Below, piece by piece: positions 46,112-56,253 of a stretch of DNA of 64,000 nucleotides. The notes beneath the pieces were generated by a model. That model saw only the letters and a program-made list of their open reading frames with translations. It did not search any database and was not told the origin of the DNA. Source of the DNA: a virus. Its lineage: Duplodnaviria > Caudoviricetes. Each line of letters starts with the position of its first letter. The stretch's first letter is position 1. The DNA lies in the IMG/VR virus record IMGVR_UViG_3300015606_001334, positions 160,001 to 224,000 of that record; one strand, written 5' to 3'. The position numbers were made by a program, and so were the translations under genes.

Positions 46112-48709
46112 TTAGCTGCACTTGCTGGAACCGCAGTTGACACACTTCTTACAACCTTCTTCGTAAATCACGTTGGAAGAACCACAGTCTTGACAGGTTT
46201 CGCCTGCGACCTTCTCACCGTCCTTGATAAAGGAAGATAGGTACTTCTTGATTTGGAAGAGGAAGGAACCTGCGTAAACGTCTTCCATTGAATCGATGAC
46301 GTTTACGATGTTCTTAATGAGAACGCCATGACGTAGGTTCAAGGAGATAACGCGAGCAATCTTGGAAGCGTTGTCGTTAGAACTGATCTTAGACATTACT
46401 TCGTCAATATGATCGGCAGGAATACCCTTGCGTTTTGCTAGGTCGACTAGCTTTTCTACCGCATCAGAAGTTGTGACATTCTTTTCGTGATGGTTAGTAT
46501 GAACAAACAACGCGAATGGACGGGTTTGGGTTTCATTCCAAATAACGGAGAGATACCACTTGCGACCTTCTGCCTTTAGGGTCTTCATAGAAGCTGGAGC
46601 AGAATCAGGTAGCTTGACGTTTTCAAGGATGATTTCTTCGTCTTCTGGCTCAGCAGTCTTTTCATCCTTTGCGGATAGAACTGCGGTCATGGTACCAGAA
46701 CGGTAAGTAGTAAAGCCCTTGATGAAACCAGTGTTGTAGACCTTGAGGTAGAGGTCCTTGAAGTTTTCGTATGGGTAGTCGAATGGAATATTGCAGGTCT
46801 TTGAACATGCAGAGTCAGTCCAACGAGCGAAACCTTCTAGGTCAGAAACGTGATCATCAACTGTTAGGTTGGTGGTAGTCACTGCCCAATCAGCAGATGG
46901 ATCCCATTCACCGATAGACTTGAGGAAGCGGACGCCGTAGTCTTCGCACAGAACTTCTTTGGTGAGGCCGCGATTCTTGTCGATCTTGTAGGTAGTACCG
47001 TTGAATACGCCCTTAAGGATTTCTTCGTCACCTTCCTTAGCAAACTTGAAGAGGCTGGTTTCAAACCATTCGCCTTCATACCATTTTGGAGTTACTGCGG
47101 CGATTTCGTCTGGGGCACGAGACTGGATAACAGTGCGAACATACTCAGGCATGAAGATTGGTTCAATACCACCAGAAACCACGTTTGCAACGATTGAAGT
47201 GTTGCCGTTTGGTTGTTGGCTGAGTAGGGAAGCATTACGGATACCAGTGGTACGTAGCTTGGTCATGTATTCGTTAGACAGCTTTAGCTGTTGGACGAAT
47301 GGGGTTTCAGCATGCTTGATTGGGTCACAGAATTCAAACTTACCCTTTTCGACGGCTAGATCGATAGAGGTTTCGTAAGCAGTGCGAGCGATAACTTGCA
47401 TTAGCTCTTCACGGATGGACGAAGCCTTTTCAGAAGCAAAGCGAGTCTTCATCATGAATAGGGCAGAACCCCAACCCATGACACCAAGACCGATACGACG
47501 CTTCTTCTCCATGGACTCACGATACTCAGGTAGCGGAGCAGAAGAGTAGGAGTTGACGTTGTCTAGGAAGCGAACCAAGTAGCCAACGAAACGCTTGACT
47601 TCAGCTAGGTTAAACCCAGTGCGGTCAGAATTTACGAATTGAGTTAGGTTGATGGTACCCAAACAGCAAATGTTACCAGGAGAAAGAGTCTGTTCACCGC
47701 AAGGATTGGTTGCGAAGATGGTTTCGCCGTAGCCTAGTGGGTTGAAGTAGTTGGCGCGATCAAGGAAGAGAACGCCTGGTTCAGCGCGGTTGTAAGTGGA
47801 CTCCATGATGAGGTTCCACAAGTACTTAACCGACACAGTGTTGTGAACCTTGAGTGGCAGACCCTTAGATTTCCATAGCTTGATGTCGCCATTCCAAACT
47901 GCTTTGTAGTCGGCAGAAGTAGTGTCTGGGAAAATTAGATCCCACTTGTCTGCATCTTCTAGCTCTTTTTCGAGTACTGCTAGCTTTTCACCAGAGACTC
48001 CGTGATTCTTTAGTTCAGCGATGCTCTTTTCAAGTAGAGCTACGTCGTTGACGCGCTGCATGAAATCGTCGGTACAGTTCACAGAAATGTTGAACTTAGA
48101 TAGACGACCAGCTTGTTGTTTTGCAGTGATGAACTCGACAACGTCTGGATGCCAAACGTCGAGAACGCCCATCATTGCGCCCTTACGAATCTTGCCCTTA
48201 GCTTTCTTATTGGAAGACTTCTTACCAGAACCAGAGGTGATGATTTCAGATGCCTTGTCGAATAGCTCCATGTACTTAACAGCACCAGGAGTTTCAACAC
48301 CGATACCGTGGATGAAAGATCCACGTGGACGAATATAGGAGAAGTTTTCACCCCAACCACCTTCAGACTTTAGGGTCTGGGATTGGCTGAGTAGGTGGTT
48401 GTAGATACCTTCGAGAGAGTCGATATCGAACTTACCGCGAGGACCAACGAAGCAGTTCATCAGAGTGGTACCAGACCATTCAGTGCCTGCATTAGATAGG
48501 GTACGGCCACCAGGCACGCCCTTGAAATTGGTTAGCAGATCGTAAAAGCGCTCTTCCCAAAGAGTACGTAGTTCTTCAGTCGCTTCCACTGAAGCAATCG
48601 CCTTAGCAACTCTTCGCAAATTTGAGTTGATGTCTACGTCCTGATGGTCCTTGTACGTAGTTTCCCAAATTTCTTGTGAAAACGAATCTTGGAAGACGGT
48701 TCCTGTCAT
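46112..48709 (-). CDS. nrdJ: ribonucleotide reductase, class II (adenosylcobalamin-dependent) type
   Basis: PGGRTLSNAG, MNCFV, RKGAMM, TNPCGEQ, CCLG, QPNGNTS, GIEP, TTYR, C-terminal CQDC...CVNCGSSKC; no beta subunit in window. Confidence 0.85.
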   Translation of the reverse strand: MTGTVFQDSFSQEIWETTYKDHQDVDINSNLRRVAKAIASVEATEELRTLWEERFYDLLTNFKGVPGGRTLSNAGTEWSGTTLMNCFVGPRGKFDIDSLEGIYNHLLSQSQTLKSEGGWGENFSYIRPRGSFIHGIGVETPGAVKYMELFDKASEIITSGSGKKSSNKKAKGKIRKGAMMGVLDVWHPDVVEFITAKQQAGRLSKFNISVNCTDDFMQRVNDVALLEKSIAELKNHGVSGEKLAVLEKELEDADKWDLIFPDTTSADYKAVWNGDIKLWKSKGLPLKVHNTVSVKYLWNLIMESTYNRAEPGVLFLDRANYFNPLGYGETIFATNPCGEQTLSPGNICCLGTINLTQFVNSDRTGFNLAEVKRFVGYLVRFLDNVNSYSSAPLPEYRESMEKKRRIGLGVMGWGSALFMMKTRFASEKASSIREELMQVIARTAYETSIDLAVEKGKFEFCDPIKHAETPFVQQLKLSNEYMTKLRTTGIRNASLLSQQPNGNTSIVANVVSGGIEPIFMPEYVRTVIQSRAPDEIAAVTPKWYEGEWFETSLFKFAKEGDEEILKGVFNGTTYKIDKNRGLTKEVLCEDYGVRFLKSIGEWDPSADWAVTTTNLTVDDHVSDLEGFARWTDSACSKTCNIPFDYPYENFKDLYLKVYNTGFIKGFTTYRSGTMTAVLSAKDEKTAEPEDEEIILENVKLPDSAPASMKTLKAEGRKWYLSVIWNETQTRPFALFVHTNHHEKNVTTSDAVEKLVDLAKRKGIPADHIDEVMSKISSNDNASKIARVISLNLRHGVLIKNIVNVIDSMEDVYAGSFLFQIKKYLSSFIKDGEKVAGETCQDCGSSNVIYEEGCKKCVNCGSSKCS

Positions 48710-48747
48710 ATTTTAACCTCTATTTTTGTTTTGTTAGAATTAGAATT

Positions 48748-49326
48748 TTATTTTTGGGAAGCAATATATGCTTTGATGCTAGCAATGCGGTTTAGCCATC
48801 CTTTTAGGAATTTGACTTGCTCTGGCTTTCTGCTAACAATCGATCTGAATAAGTCTTCTCTCGATTTGAGTATTTTATCACAAATCTCAAGGGAATTAAA
48901 CGTTTTTGTTGCACTTATTGTTTGATTTCCAATTTGACCGTCTGGTGTAGCGCCAACTGCTCGTTGAAGCATTTTTGCTGCGGCTCCAATGCCGTGATTA
49001 ACTGCAGCGTCAAATAGGTTTATTGCCAATGGGGCATCAAAGCTTTCGCAGCTTAGCGGCTTCCAATAGCGGTTGTAATACACTTCCATCGCCTGTCGAA
49101 GAGTAAGCGATTTGATGTCTAGGTCGGGGTTGGCGTTTTTGGCAATACCAAACTTGGTCTCGCCGCCAGCATCTTCAGCTATACATGAATAGCCGGTTTT
49201 CCCTTGTTCGATTTTTGTGGTGCATTTTCCAGCGACAGTATCGGGATCTTCGAAGTTAAACTTTGGACCAACTTCATAAATCATCGAGAACTTGAATGCA
49301 CTCACAAATGCAGGTGAAAATTCCAT
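48748..49326 (-). CDS. endolysin, glycoside hydrolase family 108 with peptidoglycan-binding domain
   Basis: DAGGETKFGI, YYNRYW, FDAAVNHG, LQRAVGATPDGQIG, FLKGWLNR. Confidence 0.9.
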   Translation of the reverse strand: MEFSPAFVSAFKFSMIYEVGPKFNFEDPDTVAGKCTTKIEQGKTGYSCIAEDAGGETKFGIAKNANPDLDIKSLTLRQAMEVYYNRYWKPLSCESFDAPLAINLFDAAVNHGIGAAAKMLQRAVGATPDGQIGNQTISATKTFNSLEICDKILKSREDLFRSIVSRKPEQVKFLKGWLNRIASIKAYIASQK

Positions 49327-49327
49327 T

Positions 49328-49380
49328 TGTGGTCTCCTTTACTTTTAGATGATTTATTTATCTCGTAAAGGAGTACCACA
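49328..49380 (-). promoter_or_regulatory. RBS-occluding hairpin with late promoter in loop (endolysin)
   Basis: UGUGGU-A-CUCCUUUAC...AUAAAUA...GUAAAGGAG-ACCACA-A-AUG. Confidence 0.8.
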
Positions 49381-49415
49381 GTCCGGATGTGCACTATCTA
49401 GTTGATTTTAAATGA

Positions 49416-49922
49416 TTACAAGATGTCGCCGATGGTCTTATTATTTAGCCACTTGTGGAGGTCGAAAGGACCTACGATCACACACACGTCAGATTCTTGT
49501 TGACGGTCGACCACTGTTCCTATTGGGTGACAGAGAGCTGTGGCACGCTGAATCATCGGGTGAACCAGAGACATCTTCGGTTCAAAGTCGTCAATAGTCA
49601 CTTCGAACATTCGCATTTTCGAGTCAGTCGGCGACATCGCAAATGCATGGCACTTAGAGTTCGAACACGACGTGACTGGAATCGTATCGATCTGATAGGT
49701 ATCGTCGTCAACAATCAGGATATTCCAGGTAGCAGGAACGAAGAAGGCGAAGTCATTGATTTTCAGTTTGACTGCAGGTCCAGAGCTTTCTTCAAGATAG
49801 GAGATTTGAGCAATCTTGAAATCTAGCATATGTGCTGAGAAAATCCAATGATGTTTGATGACCATTGGTTGATTCAAAGAATCGACGATATACGGCTTGT
49901 TTAGATCGGATAGAAATAGCAT
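49416..49922 (-). CDS. hypothetical protein
   Basis: 168-aa ORF. Confidence 0.7.
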   Translation of the reverse strand: MLFLSDLNKPYIVDSLNQPMVIKHHWIFSAHMLDFKIAQISYLEESSGPAVKLKINDFAFFVPATWNILIVDDDTYQIDTIPVTSCSNSKCHAFAMSPTDSKMRMFEVTIDDFEPKMSLVHPMIQRATALCHPIGTVVDRQQESDVCVIVGPFDLHKWLNNKTIGDIL

Positions 49923-50626
49923 TATTCGATTCCTAGTTTCATGCGCTGAACATAAAGAGCATATTCTTCTTTTTTGATTTTCGCTACTTCCTCGTCTAGA
50001 TTTAGACCGTGCATTGCTTCAAAATCCTTTTTTGCATTGGGGTCTAAATCTCTTTTATAAAACTCGGCTTCCCATTCTTCAAACGGGAGAATCTTTGCTT
50101 CACTTTCCTTTTCAAGTTCTTCGAAATGGTCTTTATACCGAAGGTAGAATTCTTTTGCCTTTTCGAAATCTGCCCTTAATAGTTGTTTAGCAATATCTTC
50201 AGCGTTTTTCTTTTTAATCGCGATGGAATCTGCTAGGTTAGTTTCATAACCACGGAAGAATTCTTCAAACACCGCAGGATCATGAATTTCGGTTAGAAGC
50301 TGTCTCTTGATATTGAGAACATCATTTGGACGCTTTTCGCCAGTGATAACTTCACGATCATCCATCAGATGAACTCGGATGTTATCTCCTAGGTTATCGA
50401 TCGAGGTTACTCGGTAAGTGGTGTTAGCCCAAGGGCGTTTGAATTCGAGACGAGAATGAATCTCGTTCTGCTTTCGAATAATCTTGTTTGCTACACGCTC
50501 GACATATTGCGTTAGAAAGTCATAATGCTTTTTAACCGCATCCCAAGATTCGAGCATATTTTTAACAAGAGATGATGAACCATCATCGTAAATGTCTGGA
50601 TGTAGGATTGAATCAGTGTCTATCAT
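49922..50626 (-). CDS. hypothetical protein
   Basis: 234-aa ORF. Confidence 0.65.
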   Translation of the reverse strand: MIDTDSILHPDIYDDGSSSLVKNMLESWDAVKKHYDFLTQYVERVANKIIRKQNEIHSRLEFKRPWANTTYRVTSIDNLGDNIRVHLMDDREVITGEKRPNDVLNIKRQLLTEIHDPAVFEEFFRGYETNLADSIAIKKKNAEDIAKQLLRADFEKAKEFYLRYKDHFEELEKESEAKILPFEEWEAEFYKRDLDPNAKKDFEAMHGLNLDEEVAKIKKEEYALYVQRMKLGIE

Positions 50627-50633
50627 GAGTTCC

Positions 50634-52040
50634 TCACTTAATTTTGATTTTTACAGTAGCAGTCACTGGATAACCTGCTTCGTCGTAATACTTCTTACGT
50701 TCCTTGAAGTGCTTCTTAGACCATTTCAAGTTAGCATAAACGTCTACTACGTGAACGCTGTTTTTGTCAGCTGCGAGTCGAGTTCCTCGGCCTACGGATT
50801 GGATCGCTCGGACAAAGCTCTTACCAGAATCAAGGAGCATCAAGCAGAAGATTCGATCGATAGAAATACCGGTTGACGCGATACCAAATGTAGCAATCGT
50901 GATAACGTCATTACGATCCTTGTACATGTCGTACTGAGCTTTACGTTCCTTCTTATCATTTTCTCCATATAGGAATACAGAGTCTTTGATCATGGCTTGA
51001 AGCTTTTCGCCCATTTCAACTGAGTTGACGAGGACCAAAGTGTTGCCGTACTTCTCGCACTTGCTGATGATTAGGTCGGCGATGACGTCGAGACGCTTGA
51101 TATTCTTCGCAATGTAAGATCTTTCAGACGCGTAATCTGGGAAATCGTCTTCAGCAGCCTTAGATTCGATAACGACTGGTTCGATTTCGACCTTTGCGAG
51201 GTAACCATTCTCGATTAGCCACTTTGCTGGAATTTCCTTGTGAATCTGACCGATAGTCGACTTCAAGGTCATTTGATCAGCAGCAGGTTTTGGGAACGTA
51301 CCAGTCACACCAAATCGGAATGGGATGTTCTTGCCGTGCTCAGTGATTAGATCGTAGATGACCTGACCCTTAACACCGTGAGCTTCGTCGATAATGAACA
51401 TATCGAAGAATCCCATGAGCTTTGGATTATTCTGAAGGGATTGCCAAGTAGCAACAACGTGCTGACAATCGATTTCCTTCTTTGCACCAGAATATTCGCC
51501 GGCATCCATGCCACAAACTTTGTACCAATCAGCGGTTTGGGAAACCAAATCGGAAGATGGAACAACTGTGATCGTCTTGTAACCTGATTGCCCGTAAATG
51601 TCAGCCAATGAAGCGCAAATTAGAGATTTACCAGCTCCAGTACCAGCAATAATGAAACCAGAACCTTCATCCAAAAGGATGTTGACTGCACCAGTTTGGT
51701 AAGGACGCAGCTCAACTCCAAATTCCTTGAACTGATCCTTATGAGAACGACCAGTCGGATTTTGGAATGCCTTACGTTGATCGATTAGTTCGACGTCGTA
51801 ATTTTCCTCGATCAGGATTTCGAGAATTTCTGGTAGGAAACGAATGTAGGTCTTACCAGTCTTTTCGAAGAACTTCTTCTTTCCATCCCAACGACCTAGC
51901 TTGTATGCAGGCATGAAGAAATAGCCATCAACATAGACGGCAAATTTCTTTTCAAGGGCTTCTAGTGTAGTTGGGCGAAGATTCGAAATGAAGCAGAAAA
52001 CTTCATCTTTGACGGTGATGATGCACTTTTGTTGTTTCAT
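50634..52040 (-). CDS. uvsW: SF2 DNA helicase, UvsW-like
   Basis: WDGK, LRPYQ, GTGAGKS, DEAH, TGT, STGISI, QSVGRGTR. Confidence 0.9.
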   Translation of the reverse strand: MKQQKCIITVKDEVFCFISNLRPTTLEALEKKFAVYVDGYFFMPAYKLGRWDGKKKFFEKTGKTYIRFLPEILEILIEENYDVELIDQRKAFQNPTGRSHKDQFKEFGVELRPYQTGAVNILLDEGSGFIIAGTGAGKSLICASLADIYGQSGYKTITVVPSSDLVSQTADWYKVCGMDAGEYSGAKKEIDCQHVVATWQSLQNNPKLMGFFDMFIIDEAHGVKGQVIYDLITEHGKNIPFRFGVTGTFPKPAADQMTLKSTIGQIHKEIPAKWLIENGYLAKVEIEPVVIESKAAEDDFPDYASERSYIAKNIKRLDVIADLIISKCEKYGNTLVLVNSVEMGEKLQAMIKDSVFLYGENDKKERKAQYDMYKDRNDVITIATFGIASTGISIDRIFCLMLLDSGKSFVRAIQSVGRGTRLAADKNSVHVVDVYANLKWSKKHFKERKKYYDEAGYPVTATVKIKIK

Positions 52041-52351
52041 TTTTCTGTGAAGTGTCTTTCAATCCCGTTTTCCTTTAGAAAAGTTTGGACATCAACATTG
52101 GCCCAGCCTGAAGCATAAGCCCAGAGCCGAAATACATGGCTCATCTCAAATGCGGTAATGTCTTCTTGAGGAGTGAAACGGAAATCTTTTTTGTTCTTAT
52201 TATCGTGAAAAGAGATTTCACATGCGGTCTGATAGGCTGGAGCTATAGTGAAGGATTTGAGAACCTCAGAACCTACGAATAGCTTTGAGCTATCTAAAGA
52301 ACTGACATTATAATTCGGTTCTTCAGATTTGTAAACGTTTTCTTCACTCAT
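52037..52351 (-). CDS. hypothetical protein
   Basis: 104-aa ORF; EDITAFE...GIERH shared with 52360..52689. Confidence 0.6.
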   Translation of the reverse strand: MSEENVYKSEEPNYNVSSLDSSKLFVGSEVLKSFTIAPAYQTACEISFHDNKNKKDFRFTPQEDITAFEMSHVFRLWAYASGWANVDVQTFLKENGIERHFTEK

Positions 52352-52359
52352 TTTAAAAA

Positions 52360-52689
52360 TTAAAGATTTTCTTCGAAAAGGACCTTGATTACAGGAAGGT
52401 GTCGTTCCAACCCAAAAATTTTGATAAATTTTTGAATATCAAAATTAGCTTTGCCTAAGACCAAAGTCTTTAACTCGCCAAGATAATAAAGTTCTTGTGT
52501 TGTTATATCAGATTCAGCGTCAATCGAATAGAATATATTTCTATTTAGCTCGTCTTTCAAATTGGTACCAATGATAGCTTTAGGACCTGCAGTTCTTGAA
52601 AAACTTTGAACTTCGTCAGTGACGAACATTTGAACAGTTAGCTCACTTAGAAGTTCTTTAGTTAAATCGGAGTATTTTAGAATGCTCAT
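52360..52689 (-). CDS. hypothetical protein
   Basis: 109-aa ORF; SDITTQE...GLERH, likely paralogue of 52037..52351. Confidence 0.6.
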   Translation of the reverse strand: MSILKYSDLTKELLSELTVQMFVTDEVQSFSRTAGPKAIIGTNLKDELNRNIFYSIDAESDITTQELYYLGELKTLVLGKANFDIQKFIKIFGLERHLPVIKVLFEENL

Positions 52690-52728
52690 TTTTACCTTTC
52701 AAATAAATAATTCGTACAATTTAGGAGG

Positions 52729-53466
52729 ATGGTTATGTTCTATGTTTATGTGTATTGTGATCCGAGAAAACCCTCAGACTTCTCATCTGGATTCGAACCT
52801 TTCTACATAGGCAAGGGGACGAAGGATAGAGCCTATCATCACCTTCAACCAAACAGAAAGAACTCAAATGCAATCTTCACCAATAAGATTTCCAAGATAA
52901 GATCATTAGGTCTTGAGCCAATTGTCTCGATTGTAGCGGACAATCTCTCAGAAGATCAAGCGTTTCAGCTTGAGGTTGAACTCATCTCTAAATTCGGAAT
53001 GTATCCTAATGGTTGCTTATGTAACTTAACTGAAGGTGGGGTTGGCGGTAGATTATCGGAAGAATCTATTTCCAAAATCTCCGCAACCCTAACTGGCAGC
53101 AAACTTACAGAAGAAACCAAGAAGAAAATCTCTCATTCTCTACAAGGTAAACATCGAGATGCTGAAACTAAATTGAAGATCGCATCAACCCTTAAGGGAA
53201 CAAAACATTCAGAAGAACGACGCTCAAATTTAGTTAAAGCAATCAACGAAAAATTCTCCAACCTTCAAAATCTACAGAGATACACGATCTTCAATAATGA
53301 TGGGCCATTTGCTACTGTTTTTGGTAATGACTCTATCACCGATCTTGGATTCTCAGAGATTTACAACTCACTGAGAACCGGTAAACCGCTATCTCGCGGT
53401 AAATTCAAAGGTTGGAAAATCATCAAAGGACAGTATCCTGAAGTTCAGCAATGCGAAGTCTCGTGA
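52729..53466 (+). mobile_element. free-standing GIY-YIG homing endonuclease with NUMOD3-like repeats
   Basis: YVYVY...FYIGKG...R, NLTEGG, repeated xSEETKKKISxxLxG; opposite strand to neighbours. Confidence 0.85.
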
Positions 53467-53896
53467 TGTGACCCACCATCCACGAAAGGCTTTCAAACGC
53501 CTTCACGATTGATTGAAGTTTTGCCTTAATGTTTGCCACTTCAAGAATAATTTCAGTGAACTCGACATATTCAGGATCACCTTGGATATACATCTGGATG
53601 TCCTTTGAAGCGAGAGCACGCGGATAACCTTCAAGAAACTTCTTCCAAAGCTTTGACTGAATCTTTTCCCGTTTGACGACCATCCATTCCTCAAGAGTTT
53701 TCATCTCTTGGTAATAGCGATCATAGACCGATAAGTTCTTTGGGAGAGTACGACAAACCTCTTCAAGTTTCACACCATCAATCTTGAAGAACTTCTCAGA
53801 ATCATCCACGTATCCTTCGTATCTTGTGATTATCCCCAATAGTTGAGGGAACAGCTGAACATCGTCGGCTGTATCAAGCGTCATTACAATTGACAT
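53423..53896 (-). CDS. uvsY: recombination mediator UvsY-like
   Basis: Helical 157-aa protein with YPRALASKDIQMYIQGD; located between uvsX and uvsW. Confidence 0.7.
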   Translation of the reverse strand: MSIVMTLDTADDVQLFPQLLGIITRYEGYVDDSEKFFKIDGVKLEEVCRTLPKNLSVYDRYYQEMKTLEEWMVVKREKIQSKLWKKFLEGYPRALASKDIQMYIQGDPEYVEFTEIILEVANIKAKLQSIVKAFESLSWMVGHITRLRIAELQDTVL

Positions 53897-53907
53897 ACGG
53901 AGAATCC

Positions 53908-54168
53908 TTAAAATCGGAGAGTAAGCTCGTTGGCTTGTTCGTTGAAATCTAAAATAGAATTAGCAAATTTAATGTAGATGATTGGTTTGATGAGAACTGT
54001 AGGAGTTTGTGTTATTGTTATGAACTCCATTGGATAGTCATTCTCAAATGTTATTATTGTTTGAAAACCATCAACGTCATTACCGGCTAATGAAATATTT
54101 AAGAAATTAGCTTTGTTCTTTTCTAGTAGTTCTTGTATTTTTGTTTTAGCTAATTCTGTGATAACCAT
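53908..54168 (-). CDS. degenerate HesB/IscA-like protein
   Basis: MVITELAKTKIQELL...LNISLAGNDVDGFQ...ILDF resembles A-type carrier N-terminus but lacks all Cys. Confidence 0.45.
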   Translation of the reverse strand: MVITELAKTKIQELLEKNKANFLNISLAGNDVDGFQTIITFENDYPMEFITITQTPTVLIKPIIYIKFANSILDFNEQANELTLRF

Positions 54169-54185
54169 TTTATTCTTATTATTGG

Positions 54186-54208
54186 AAGGGAGGGAATTTC
54201 CCTCCCTT
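54186..54208 (-). terminator. terminator-like hairpin after uvsX
   Basis: AAGGGAGGGAATTTCCCTCCCTT. Confidence 0.6.
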
Positions 54209-54212
54209 ATGG

Positions 54213-55268
54213 TTATGCTTCTTCGAGAGCTGCCGCTTCCGGCATGAGATTGTCTTTAGTGACTAGCTCATCTGCTTCGCGAATGGTCGAAAGACCGAGG
54301 ACCTTGTCGAAGATTTCCTTACCAAAGTTCTTACGTTGGAACTTGATAGGTTCTTCGCCTTCGATCTTCAAGGTGTACCATGCGCCGCCTTGCTCAACGA
54401 GACCTTCTGCTACGAGATCTTCGAGAACGCCGTCGTATGGGTCCATACCCTTGGTATATGGGACTTCAATTTCGACTCGAGTTCCAAGCTTCGCAAAGCG
54501 AGACTTGTAGGTGTCAACTCTCATTCGGATACCCAGAATTTCAGTACCTTCTTTGAGGTTCAACTTGCTGATTAGAGCAATTTGAGATGCAGAGTAACGA
54601 ACTGCGTTGTTGACGATCCACTTACCTTGACCGTTGGTAATGTCTTGGTTGACATACACTTGGTGGGTAGCGACGAATGCGACATTGAGACGAGAAATAC
54701 GGGAAACGATAGTACGTAGCAAGTGCTTGACTAGCTTAGTACGCTGACCCATATCACCAGTTTGTTCGCCCTTTTGGAACTTTTCGCTTTCCGAATCAGT
54801 CAACAACATGTCGATAGAGTCGAGAACGATCATAACCTTTGGAGCGTCTGGATTGTCCTTGCCGTATTCTTTTTCGTAGCCAGTGATGAACTCCGAAACA
54901 ACTGCAGTAACGTCTTGAATGGTGACAACCCCGACGTACATGAGCTTGTCTGGGGAAATATCAACACCTAGGGCTTGCAAGAAGCCTTGGTCCATAGCGT
55001 TTTCAGAGTCAAGGACTAGGATGAATGCACCTTCTTGTTGAGCTTCACGGATAGTGTTGCCGCAAAGGAAGGATTTACCAGCACCTGATTCGCCTGCAAA
55101 AACGGTTACGCGACCAATAGGAATACCACGAAGATAGGAACCACTCAAGCTCTTGTTGAGCGCGTAATTTCCGGTGCTAAACCAATAAGTTGGCGGTGAA
55201 AAGTTGGTAGTCACCGTAGTCATCTTATCCATAGTCTTACGGAAATCTTTCAAAAAGCCTAAAGCCAT
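54213..55268 (-). CDS. uvsX: RecA/UvsX-like recombinase
   Basis: STGNYALN, AGESGAGKS, LDSENA, IVLDS, KSRF, QGGAWY; start set at MALGF. Confidence 0.92.
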   Translation of the reverse strand: MALGFLKDFRKTMDKMTTVTTNFSPPTYWFSTGNYALNKSLSGSYLRGIPIGRVTVFAGESGAGKSFLCGNTIREAQQEGAFILVLDSENAMDQGFLQALGVDISPDKLMYVGVVTIQDVTAVVSEFITGYEKEYGKDNPDAPKVMIVLDSIDMLLTDSESEKFQKGEQTGDMGQRTKLVKHLLRTIVSRISRLNVAFVATHQVYVNQDITNGQGKWIVNNAVRYSASQIALISKLNLKEGTEILGIRMRVDTYKSRFAKLGTRVEIEVPYTKGMDPYDGVLEDLVAEGLVEQGGAWYTLKIEGEEPIKFQRKNFGKEIFDKVLGLSTIREADELVTKDNLMPEAAALEEA

Positions 55269-55301
55269 TTGATTCTCCTTGTTGTAATAATTATTGGGAG
55301 A

Positions 55302-55327
55302 AAATGGGGTCCCGAAGAACCCCATTT
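55302..55327 (-). terminator. intrinsic terminator after SSB gene
   Basis: AAATGGGG-TCCCGAAGAA-CCCCATTT with UUCG on minus strand. Confidence 0.65.
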
Positions 55328-55332
55328 GCTAC

Positions 55333-56253
55333 TTACTCGGCGTCAGCCTTCTTTGCAGCAGCGCGGGCACGAAGCTGTTCAAGAACAGACTTGGCCTTGT
55401 TGGAAGCGCCAGAATCTTCCTGAGGAGCGGAAGAATCGCCAGAATCCGAATCGGTAGACTCAGACTTAGCTGGTGCGCTTTCCTTTGCAGGAGCTGGGGT
55501 GGAATCACCAGAATCGTTGGAATCCTGGAGTGCCTGACCGGTTTGATCAGCTAGAAGGTAAGCTTCTAGGGAAGCACGAGAAACGTACTTTTCACGGAAC
55601 TCAGATAGAGAGTGAAGTTCTGCCTTGATGGCATCGATAACTTCGTCTTCCAAATCGGTTTGCTTTGGAGAGAAGCTGGAGGTACCGTAATCGGACCATT
55701 GACCTGCCTTGGTCTTCTTGATACGGAAGTTGTAACCACCCTTGTACTCGTATGGAGCTTCTTCGAGGTCACCAGACTGGAATGCAGTCTGGATGCACTT
55801 GAAGACCTTTGGACCGAAGTCGATTAGCTTGACGATGCCAGGATTTTCGTCCTTCTCGTCGATGTATTCGAATGGGGATTCGACAACCAAAACTTGGCCA
55901 AGGTAAGAACGCTTCTTGTAGTACTTCTTACCCATGTCTTCGTTGCCTTCGGCGTACAACTTCTGAGAGTGTTCGCAGATTGGGCAAGCTTCGCCGTACA
56001 TGGACAAGCAAGGAACTTTCTTCTTCTGTCCGTTAACGACTAGTTCGTGGGTGAGGTTTTCGACCAAGAACTTTAGTGGATTGGAATCCTCGTCGCGGTC
56101 TGGTAGGAAACGTACTTGTGCGGTGGTGTTGTCTGGCATTTTCCAGAATTGGTAGAACTTCTTCCAGACTGGAGTCTGGTTTCCACCTGCGGAATTATTC
56201 TTGCCAGCGAATGCTGAGGTTAGAGCCTGTAGGCGATCTTTTGCGGATGACAT
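55333..56253 (-). CDS. single-stranded DNA-binding protein (T4 gp32-like)
   Basis: VRFLP, H...CLSMYGEACPIC Zn site, GYNFRIKK, WSDYGTSSF, acidic tail. Confidence 0.9.
   Translation of the reverse strand: MSSAKDRLQALTSAFAGKNNSAGGNQTPVWKKFYQFWKMPDNTTAQVRFLPDRDEDSNPLKFLVENLTHELVVNGQKKKVPCLSMYGEACPICEHSQKLYAEGNEDMGKKYYKKRSYLGQVLVVESPFEYIDEKDENPGIVKLIDFGPKVFKCIQTAFQSGDLEEAPYEYKGGYNFRIKKTKAGQWSDYGTSSFSPKQTDLEDEVIDAIKAELHSLSEFREKYVSRASLEAYLLADQTGQALQDSNDSGDSTPAPAKESAPAKSESTDSDSGDSSAPQEDSGASNKAKSVLEQLRARAAAKKADAE

Noticed and set aside
52789-52800. GGATTCGAACC tRNA T-arm-like sequence
   Set aside because: Inside the GIY-YIG coding region with no cloverleaf around it.
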